The notes beneath the pieces were generated by a model, which was given only the letters and a program-made list of their open reading frames with translations, was not told where the DNA came from and ran no database searches. The translations under genes and the position numbers were made by a program. A stretch of 62,227 nt of DNA, counting the filler, from Collodictyon triciliatum (Eukaryota): assembly GCA_043381765.1 (NCBI GenBank). It is 21 parts of 21 records of this genome, joined end to end, with 100 filler letters (N's around TTAATTAATTAA, not from the genome) between each part and the next. Parts side by side here need not be neighbours in the genome. Positions count along the whole stretch, not along the records: positions 50,483 to 53,342 come from JBHJMP010008170.1; positions 53,443 to 56,302 come from JBHJMP010008171.1; positions 56,403 to 59,262 come from JBHJMP010008172.1; positions 59,363 to 62,227 come from JBHJMP010008173.1; 17 more parts are not named here. One strand, written 5' to 3'. Below, piece by piece: positions 52,483-62,227 of this stretch. Position 1 is the first letter of the stretch. Each line of letters begins with the position of its first letter.

Positions 52483-53198
52483 CTACTCGCAATCATGCGC
52501 GTCCGACCCGCGAAGCGACTCAAAGACAGGCAGTCTGTGCGACAACGAGTCTTCGCGAGACCGAGTGGAGCTACTTCGAGACGGCCTGTCTTCTGCTGGG
52601 TCGCTCGACAAAAGCGCGTCAGTCCACAGCAGCGACTCCGTCTCGGCGTGATGCATCTGCGCAACGGCGCCTGCAGACAAGGACATCTCGTTGAAGCGGC
52701 CCAGCAGAGACTTTGGCGCCATCAGCGACCCGCGATGAGAATGCGGGGCATCCAAGCCCGGCTCTACCTCTGGCCTTGGCGGCGCCCTTGCGAGCGACTC
52801 GCCAAACATCGGCGAGTAGAGTGTGATTGCAGGGTGCATCTGATTGGGCACGTAGGTGACTGTGTGGTGGATGTTTGATCCGTCCTGATCCGGCGCGTCC
52901 TGCTGGCGGGTGGGGCTGGCCTCCGAGTTTCCTTGGAAGAATCCCATCAGAGTCTGTTCTGAGGACGTGCTTAGTCTGGAGTTTGAGTTTGCGTTGGATG
53001 CTGGGTTCGAGTATGTGAGTCTGGTGGGGCTTTGGGATGAGTTGAGCTCGAGGATTGTTTCGTAGTCGAATGTTTCTGAGGGGAAGTCCGCTGCGTTGGG
53101 CTCCGTTGTGTGGTATTCTGCTTGCTGTGTTGGACTTCCGTGGATGAAGAGGCAGCGTTTGCCGTAGGGACAGCTTCCGGTGGAATGGTATGTGCGGC
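52483..53198 (-). CDS. TTP/ZFP36-family CCCH zinc-finger protein, last exon
   Basis: (C)RTYHSTGSCPYGKRCLFIH is the second tandem finger. C-terminal RLPVFESL matches the CNOT1-binding motif (RLPIF). Confidence 0.88.
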
Positions 53199-53898
53199 CT
53201 GGAGTAGGGTTGGATTTGGTTGAGTGGGTTTGGGCTGGGTTTGAGTTGAGTTGAGTTGAGTTGAGTTGAGTTGAGTTGAGTTGAGTTGAGTTGAGTTGAG
53301 TTGAGTTGAGTTGAGTTGAGTTGAGTTGAGTTGAGTTGAGTTNNNNNNNNNNNNNNNNNNNNNNNNNNNNNNNNNNNNNNNNNNNNTTAATTAATTAANN
53401 NNNNNNNNNNNNNNNNNNNNNNNNNNNNNNNNNNNNNNNNNNTAAAACAATAAAACAATAAAACAATAAAACAATAAAACAATAAAACAATAAAACAATA
53501 AAACAATAAAACAATAAAACAATAAAACAATAAAACATAAAAACATAAAACATAAAAACATAAAACATAAAAACAAACAAAAAACAAACCAAAAACAAAC
53601 CAAAAACAAACCAAAAACAAACAAAAACAAACAAAACAAAAAACGAACAAAAACAAACAAAAACAAACAAAACAAAAAACGAACAAAAAACAAAAACAAA
53701 AAACGATTGTTTAGCCATGAAATGAGTTTCAACCAGTTTTGCCTTCGGGAAGAAATTTCTTTTTGTCCAAGACAGATCGCAAAATCCAGGCTCGCAGAGA
53801 CAAAAAGTATCCCGGCCTTTCTTTTCTTTTCTTTTTTTTAAACTGCGTCACTTTTTCTACGTGCCGATCGCTTCACACTAATTCACTCATATTTAGGT

Positions 53899-56188
53899 AT
53901 GCAAGGCACAAAGAAGACAACAAAGTCGAGTCGCTCTGGTAATTCTAAAAAAGCCTTTCTCTCCATTTTTTTCTACTTTTACTCTTTTACTTTTTTTTTA
54001 CATGCCTTCATTTTTCTTTTCCTTCGTCTTCATCTTTTCTTTATCTTTTCTTCATTTCTATACTTTTTTTTTAATCCCCCTGTTCGGACGCTGGGTATGA
54101 GTAATCCATAAATAACAGGACGATTTCAACAAACTTTGATATTTGAGTGCTTTGTAAAATACATATTTCTATTCTCATTATATCGGCCGTCTGCAAAAAC
54201 GCTCCCTTCGGTGGCCTCTTGCAATATTCTTTTCACCTGATATCGGATGGACCCATCATAATCCAATAGGGACAGCAGCCACTGACGCCAGCGAAGCTAA
54301 GGCAGTCCTTTACCGGCCCAAGGATGTCATCATAACGCCCCTGGCAAACGCGGCACCAGTGATCCAAGTGCCCGGAAAGAAGCAACCCAAATCCACTCAG
54401 GACGATGACAACGTGGACGAAGCCTTTTTGGACGAATATCTGTCTCCTCAGAAGCTGGTTTGTTCACTGAATACATAATAAATGGCTGCTTGTGAAAACT
54501 ACCCGAAAATGTAGTACACGGCCTTTTTTTTTTTTTACTTAAATAAACTAAAAAATTCATCATTCATCATGTTGGTTTATTGTTTATTGTTTTGTTTTTG
54601 TTTGTTTTTGTTTGTTAATTTGTTTTTGTTTGTTTGTGTTTGTGTTTGTTTATTGATTTTTTATTTTGTTTATTTTTGTTTGTTTGTGTTTGTTTATTAT
54701 TATTTTATTTTTGTTAATTTTGCTATACTCAAAGCATGACTTGCCACAATTTTATCAAATATTTACAGAAAGAACTGGCCTCAACGAGCGATCTTTCAAG
54801 GATTAAGCATTTGGATATGTGCGTCGATGCCGTGGAAAATACTCTTGGGATATTTGGTTTTTATTTACCAAAAAAAGAATTTTACCTCTGTTTATAATTT
54901 CAATTGTAATACAAATTCATCATGTAATTATTTTCTTTTGAATATTGCTTAATCTTCATTTTTATCATAACATCTCACTCCTTATTTTCTCTTCATTTTT
55001 GAATATTTTAATGTTATAAATAGGAGACCACATGCCGAATTTGAGGGAACTGAAACTAAACGACAGTAAAGTGCAAAGCTTCAGGTGAAAGGGATATTTT
55101 CAGTTGATTATTTGAAGGTTGCTCATCTTTCACCAACCTTTGTAAAATTATGATGTCGCGTTCAGAAATCTTGGAACGTCCCTCTCGAAAATAGAACTCT
55201 TATGGATTGCTCGATGTCAAATCGATGACCTTGCTGGGGTCTCTTCGATGCCTTGTAATTTTACATCCTTCGTATCTAGTGTCAAACTGAATTAACTGAT
55301 TACATCTGAATGTTCCTTGTAATATCTTCACTATGCCAATATACTAGAGTATTCTATTAATATGATATTTGGTCCAGATTTGAAAGAGCTCTATGTAGCT
55401 TTCAACCAAATCGATGATTTGAGCCCTTTAAGTGGGATGGAATATTTGGAGGTCCTTGACTTGGAATGGTGAATTATTCAAATCTTATCGTCTTTGATAG
55501 CATTCTCGGTTTATGAAGGGCGTTTCCTAATACTTCTTCACAATCTAGCAATTCGATAGAAGGTGTTGATACTGTTGGACTACTATGTAATCAGTTTTAT
55601 AACACGTTACTCCTCAAAATTTGCTGACTTTAATTTATCTTATTTGCATATCGACCGCCATCTTGTTTAAATTAAAGTCATATTGAGAAGTTTTCATGAG
55701 AAGAAATGTTGGTGAATGGCTGATGTAATTGATGTAAATATAAACGATCCAGCTACATGTCCCAAATTATGTGTATTGACTCTGGAGAATAACCCTGTTT
55801 GCCGTAATACTTTTTTACTTGAATTTTTATTTTAATATTTTCTTTTTTTTTTCCTTTCAAAGCATTCGGATTCTTGTTTACTTGTTTGACCAACGTATGC
55901 ATAAATGATCTTGATGTTATTTATTAGAGATACCTCACTACCGAAAACTTGTTTGCAGAGCAATTAAGGCATGCATGTCCATTCAAGCAATCTATCAATT
56001 TTATTCAATTCGTTTTCCTTTTCTATTGCGTTTTAATTGTCATTGTCATTGTCATTGTCATTGTCATTGTCATTGTCATTGTCATTGTCATCGTCATTTT
56101 CATTTTCTATTTGGTTTTTTAAAACAATCAACGCAGACACTTAAAATCATGGATGACCGGACTGTATCCACAGATGACAGGAAGAAGG
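53899..56188 (+). CDS. LRRC56: LRRC56/ODA8 ciliary leucine-rich-repeat protein (5' part)
   Basis: Spliced: DEYLSPQKLKELASTSDLSRIKHLDMCVDAVENTLGIFGDHMPNLRELKLNDSKVQSFRNLGTSLSKIELLWIARCQIDDLAGVSSMPYLKELYVAFNQIDDLSPLSGMEYLEVLDLECNSIE...TCPKLCVLTLENNPVC...YRKLVCRAIKTLKIMDD, collinear with LRRC56. Confidence 0.9.
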
Positions 56189-56649
56189 TACCATAATTAG
56201 CTGATATTGCAACTGCACAAGTGGATATATCAAAGTGCTTCATATTAGCTTGCCTTTTCTCTGCAATGCTAATTATCTGCTTCAAATTTTGCTGCCATGG
56301 GANNNNNNNNNNNNNNNNNNNNNNNNNNNNNNNNNNNNNNNNNNNNTTAATTAATTAANNNNNNNNNNNNNNNNNNNNNNNNNNNNNNNNNNNNNNNNNN
56401 NNAATGAATAGAATAGAATAGAAATGAATAGAAATGAATAGAAATGAATAGAAATGAATAGAAATGAATAGAAATGAATAGAAATGAATAGAAATGAATA
56501 GAAATGAATAGAAATGAATAGAAATGAATAGAAATGAATAGAAATGAATAGAAATGAATAGAAATGAATAGAATAAGATAAAAGTAAATGAGAAAAAGAA
56601 AAATCAACGATAAGAAAAGGAATTAGAATAAAACGTTCCATTCGAAAAC

Positions 56650-58319
56650 TAACCATCAGTTCGCTTAGAGATTTTTGCTTTTATGAAAATTTGAATATTT
56701 TATGCTGAATTATAAATCCCTCATCTGTATACCTTAACACTTTGGAAATCAGATGTTAAAATTTCCATGAGTGATTTTGTAATGCGATTAGAAAAGTCCC
56801 GAGGGTCGGAATAATTTACAATCGGATATTTTTCTCGGACGCGCAAGTGTAGCTCGTTGATGCTTTTCTCCTGGAAAATGAAGTAGTAACAAATTTCAAT
56901 TAAAAAGGATATATTCCTCGCGGATATAATATTGATTCATTTCATAATTGTTTCTTTTGTTTACGTCATCTTTGTTGAGCGGGTGATTCAAATTTTGTTC
57001 TTCTGAAGAAGTGGTCTTTGAAGCGGTTGTATTATCTCTCGAGTAGAATAATACGCGACTGATTTTGGACTTTTTGAAGAACGAAGCCAATAGAACCTAC
57101 CCGTTGGAAAATTTAGAGAAACGCTGTTTCGCCTTTCTTGTAAAAAAGAGTGTTAAAAAGAAAAGGTCATATCAATAACGTTTTTAGATGAAAAAAGAGG
57201 CATATCTTTTTATTCCGATCGCAAAAGTAAATGACATATGTATATTTCTCACCTCATATTCCAAAAGACTCAACTTTTCGTGAGTACTTAAGAAAGGATA
57301 CTGGGTTTCAAGGGAACCGTCCCATTCTTCATCCATTTTCGACTCCTTTATAACACGACCAGCCCGCGAACCCAAAAGGCAGACAAAATATGTTGATTTT
57401 TGAATGGCATCGAAACTGTGTGAGAGGAGCTATTGATTGAATACGTGTTGGTTTATCAGAATTTAGAGCAACTTTAGTCTAATAAGCTTTTTTTCCATCG
57501 TAATGTCGAATTTTCTCAAGAAAAATCATTTGGATAAGGAAATAAAACACACTACAGTATGTAAGGTCATGTTATACCTGGTGAAAGGGACGGTCATCCT
57601 CTCTATCGGTGTTCCCGACAGATTTTTTCAAGTCCGTAATGCTTATGGTAATATTTCTATGGAGACAAAACTCCTCCAACCTTTCAAAGGTGATGGTTGG
57701 CAGTGTAAGAGAGTACAAAACATGCTTGCACAAACAAATCGATATTTCTAAGGACAATTTGATATGAATATGCAACCTTTAAAACAACGCAAAAAGAAAA
57801 ATAATAATAAATAACTCACAATGGAAATCCACAAATCATAAACTCGACACGCTCCTTTGCCGTGTCGGCACCCGAAGACGCAAGATAAATTCGGACATGT
57901 AGTCGGCGAAGCGCAGCTTCAGAAATCCTTTGTGGGACAACTGCGGTGTTTCTGTTAGCATGCTGTTGCGAAGCCGAGTTCAGAGAAGAGGCGGCGGTGT
58001 TATCCGACACTGCATTCAAAGACGGCTGCGATTCAGAGGCGCGTGTGCTCTTGTGATTTGCACTATGATTCGCGCTGTGACTTGGATTCGTCGACATAGA
58101 TGCCGATACAGAAGCAGTCTCTGGCATTGTACTTGCCGTCGAAGATCGCCGCTGGGCCGAGGATGCACTGCCTCCGCCACAGAGTCTCCACCGCCATTCG
58201 AGCAGCCCGTGAAAGCCTCGCGGGTTCCACAACACAGAGCCAATTGCGGCGGCAGATTCTTTGTGCGGCTCAAAGTCGGCTGGGAAAACGCAGTCGATGG
58301 GCAGCTGCGCGGATTCCAT
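56650..58319 (-). CDS. Divergent DUF4062 protein, paralogue of the gene at 12000-14600
   Basis: VRIYLASSGADTAKER (cf. VFLSSTFRDMxxER), ISITDL, YFVCLLGSRAG, YPFL...LSLLEYE|VLLASF...VLFYSRD. Intron positions are shared with the paralogue. Confidence 0.82.
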
Positions 58320-59030
58320 GACGCGGCCCGCGCTGTCTTTCCTGTCAGCGTGTATTCGTCAGTTCTCTGTGTATCTGTTTGCTTGCGCGTATTATAGCCT
58401 ATTCCTCTCTTTTCATTTCTTCTTTTTCTTCTTTTTCTTCTTTTTCTTCTTTTTCTTCTTTTTCTTCTTTTTCTTCTTTTTCTTCTTTCTCTTTCTTCTT
58501 ACTCGGAGCTGCGGAAGTTGGTCGGTGTTTTGTGTTTGTTCTCTATTTGCTTTGTTGAGCTGCGTGTGTGTGTGTGTGTGTGTTTTGGTGATTTGCGCTT
58601 GTTTGTTTGTGTGGTGTGTGTTTGTGTTTGAGACGAAGAAAGGAATTGTGTTGTTGTTGGGCGAGCAGTGAAGTATCAACAAGTAAAGGAAGAAGCGCGG
58701 AGGATGAAAGAAGAAAAGAGGGTTGGAGGGAGCGTAAAGCCAACGAAAGCTGTTAAGTCGGAGAGAATGCGAATAAAGTGGGCGCGCGAATGCCCGACTC
58801 GGGCTGTGCAAATTTATGCTTATGTATTTCGGTCGGATGGACACCGATGTGCGTCGATACGCGAACTGATAATCGGATGCGCTGTTATCCTCGGCAAACA
58901 TCCTTTTTCTTCTTTTCTCTTGAACAATCATATATTACAGTTTGCCTGCTCTTTCTTCCGTTCTTCCCCAGCCTTGCTTTAGTCGTGTTTGAGAACTCTA
59001 ACGGTGGGCGCTGAATGATCGCAGGCGCGT

Positions 59031-59147
59031 CAGACGAAGGGCTTGCTTGCTAAACACTCGGCTTTGCACAGAAGGATCTTGGCTTGAAGTGCTTCTCCAA
59101 ATTCGTCTCTTCGAACTTGCTGGTATGCTTCGATAGCTTCTTCGTTT
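59031..59147 (-). CDS. Possible terminal exon of a TPR-like protein
   Basis: NEEAIEAYQQVRRDEFGEALQAKILLCKAECLASKPFV* is short and helical. Confidence 0.3.
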
Positions 59148-59619
59148 GTCTTTGTCTTTGTCTTTGTCTTTGTCTTTGTCTTTGTCTTTGTCTTTGTCTT
59201 TGTCTTTGTCTTTGTCTTTGTCTTTGTCTTTGTCTTTGTCTTTGTCTTTGTCTTTGTCTTTGNNNNNNNNNNNNNNNNNNNNNNNNNNNNNNNNNNNNNN
59301 NNNNNNTTAATTAATTAANNNNNNNNNNNNNNNNNNNNNNNNNNNNNNNNNNNNNNNNNNNNAAAAAATAATAAAAAGAAATAATAAAAAGAAATAATAA
59401 AAAGAAATAATAAAAAGAAATAATAAAAAGAAATAATAAAAAGAAATAATAAAAAGAAATAATAAAAATAAATAATAAAGAGAAGGACAAAGCGCAGGTG
59501 TCTGCAGTAAGGTGTCTGCAAGCAACTAATTTCACAAGAGGCCAAAAAATGTACATCTCATATACTTAATTTTCTAAAATAATAAGCGTGATTACTTTGA
59601 GGTGTGGTGGTTTCCTTTG

Positions 59620-61605
59620 TATTTAAACGATGCCTTTCAGGACCGTGAGCATCAAACGTGGAATTGAATCTCATCAACATGGATTCCGGAGGTGTGGCCT
59701 GCATAAGTCAAAGAGCAATTAATTAAATAATTATATATTAGAGTGATATTAATAACGAATTTAGACAAACGCATTTTTTGAAGATTGCATACACGCATGA
59801 AGTAATTCATACTTTAATCAAATTTAAAGTACCATCATATACCCTAATTGAGTAACGTTAACCGCAAACCTGCTTTGAGCTGTTTGGCTCAGATTTTTTA
59901 ATCAGAACTTTTGATTGCACTGCTGCAACAGTCCTCTGTGGGAATGGTACCATAAGCTTTATTTCCGGAGGAGTAGCGCAGGAAAGGTCGCGAGTTCTGT
60001 TCTCTCGCTTCTGCTTTCTGTGTTGTCAAAATTAGGGAGCTTACAGATCTAATAACTGGTATTTCCATTCAATAAAAAAATAAGAGTACGCTATCACCTA
60101 TACACGAATTATTGTTATTTTGCGATTCCGTTTCTTGCAATTTTTTTTTGTTATTATAATATCATAAGCCAGGTTGAGCATACAATGAAAATATTTCCTC
60201 ATTACTTTTTCAATTTCATATAGTCATAAATAGAGTAGAAAGTACAAGAAAGAATATATTCAAAGGAAAATTGCCTTAGAGATAAGTCTGGTGATGGTGT
60301 TGCTGGCTCGATGGTTGCGTGTGGATTCTGATGTTCAATTGTGCTATTATCTGTAAGAAAAAAATCATGCCGATTTGATGCGATACTCGAAAAAGCAATA
60401 TTTAATCAACAAAAATTCATAAAATGTTATTTTATACAAGACAAAAATAAAATAGAAAGAAGACTTGGTTGAAACTCATGGATTGAAGACGTATCATTTG
60501 CATAGTGGCGCCTTTTAGCGACAGGGAGTGGTTTGTGAATCAGCGAACTATATATGATATGATTCGTAATGAACCATGAGAAAAGCTCGGTGTAGTACAA
60601 TCGACAATAGAGTGGAATAATTCATTACGTTGAATTTTCCCAGTTACATTTTTTTATATTTTTTTTGCAAATATGACAATATATTGCCACTTACATATTT
60701 GCTGGTGGAGATGACGGTGTGCAAATTAGGTTTCTATCATCACCATCAGGGTGGACATTTACTTTGTTTTGAGTACGTTTTGAAGAAGGTGTTTGAGGTG
60801 GTGATGGGGATTGCGATTCGACCAAATCAGAATCTGTTACTAAAGATATATAAAATTCAACAGGTTAATGCTTAATGTGAATAGTGAGCAAATAAATTAC
60901 AAATGAAAACGTGGTGGATCACATAAATATTGATTTATGAGTAGATACATAAAGAGAATCAATTTTGAAATAGTAGGAAGGAAGAGCAACCGCCTCGATA
61001 TGCGCTTTGGAATATACGACTTTCAATCTCTCTCCTCATAATTTCATTTTGTTCATAAATTTTGGAATAAAGGCGAACCAACTCTGCAAGGGATGCATCA
61101 TCTGAGACCTGGGCATACGCAGAATGTTTACTTTCAAAATAAATTTTCAGAAAAGGATAACAAAACCATCAAAAGATTAGCCAAAATAATAGACTGATAT
61201 AAGATCGAAGCGGAAATCATCAAAAATGATTTACGTTCAATACCCTGAAATAATCAAAATTGAAGAAATCATCTAAATATATCACATATAATCCTAACAT
61301 GTATGTCATCTCTCATATCTTTCAGCATAGTCTCCACATCGTCCAACCGCGCCCCAATCTTGTCAACAACAGATTCGGGCTTGTCTTCTGATCCAAGTTA
61401 TGGAACAAACTCAGTTTTAACTGAACAATGTTTTAAAGGAAACAACTCAACAACTAACCTATTAAAAAACCCTCAAAAAATAAAAATAAAAGTAACAGTA
61501 AAAGTAAAAATAAAAATAAAAAACCCTCAAGAAATGAAACTAAAAATAAAATAAAATAAAAGTAAAAATAAAAAACCCTCAAGAAATGAAACTAAAAATA
61601 AAAAT

Positions 61606-61654
<49 letters not shown>

Positions 61655-62020
61655 AAATAAAAAATAAAAAATAAAAAATAAAAAATAAAAAATAAAAATT
61701 AAAGTAAAAATTAAAGTAAAAATTAAAGTAAAAATTAAAGTAAAAATAAAAGTAAAAATAAAAGTAAAAATAAAAGTAAAAATAAAAGTAAAAATAAAAG
61801 TAAAAATAAAAGTAAAATAAAATAACTATAGAACTAACAGCGAATAATATTAACTAAATCCAATAAACAAAACAAAAGCAAAGTACAAAAAACCCGCTAT
61901 TCCGCCCGCAATAGAGGTTTCTCTGTTGTCGAACACGGCCCTCTTCAGAGCGGCTGTTTCTGAAACGAATCGACTGGAAAATTGGTTGAGCTCATGAAAA
62001 AATCGGCCTATGGGCTCCAT
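59620..62020 (-). CDS. SKA3-like kinetochore protein (N-terminal coiled-coil plus Ser/Pro-rich exons)
   Basis: MEPIGRFFHELNQFSSRFVSETAALKRAVFD resembles the SKA3 N-terminus (MDPIRSF...ETARLQRAL). Followed by VVDKIGARLDDVETMLKDM and LAELVRLYSKIYEQNEIMRREIE, then SP/TP-rich exons. Confidence 0.55.
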
Positions 62021-62227
62021 CCCAACTTTGCGATGGACGAAGGCCATGAGAAAATATTAGTTGTTAGCCTCAAAGTGTAATAGCATACTGCGCAAATGGG
62101 AATGAAAGAGAAATGAAAGAGAAATAAAAGAGAAATAAAAGAGAAATAAAAGAGAAATAAAAGAGAAATAAAAGAGAAATAAAAGAGAAATAAAAGAGAA
62201 ATAAAAGAGAAATAAAAGAGAAATAAA

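Noticed and set aside
56903-56913. ATATCCTTT (minus) as a U12 AT-AC donor
   Set aside because: A canonical GAC|gtaaac...ccag intron already restores the frame (NKDD|EKSINEL), and the motif lies inside that intron. GTATCCTTT near 57295 is coding (QYPFL).

Overview
This window is not one locus. It is 21 unrelated contigs of about 2.86-2.92 kb, roughly sorted by length and joined by an artificial N44-TTAATTAATTAA-N44 linker, so adjacency across linkers means nothing. The source is an AT-rich, intron-dense, microsatellite-rich eukaryote, probably a flagellated protist. Splicing exons by hand gives fragments of Chk1, a catalytically degenerate soluble adenylyl cyclase (ADCY10-like), two DUF4062(-NACHT) paralogues, cyclin T/K, SNRNP48, a TTP/ZFP36 protein, LRRC56, a SKA3-like protein, and PH and WD40 proteins, plus ADH and LRR pseudogenes. 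Mobile DNA includes two decayed Fanzor1 (eukaryotic TnpB) copies, a Helitron PIF1 remnant, two LINE fragments, an intronless virus-like contig and a composite satellite. The strongest candidate system is the Fanzor1 family: both copies share a multi-hairpin 3' region (putative omegaRNA scaffold) that ends in a Helitron-like hairpin + CTAG|T terminus. Also notable are relaxed splice signals (GC donors, AAG/GAG acceptors) and TpG/CpA->TpA-biased decay of a pseudogene. All family calls come from motif recognition by eye; no searches were run.
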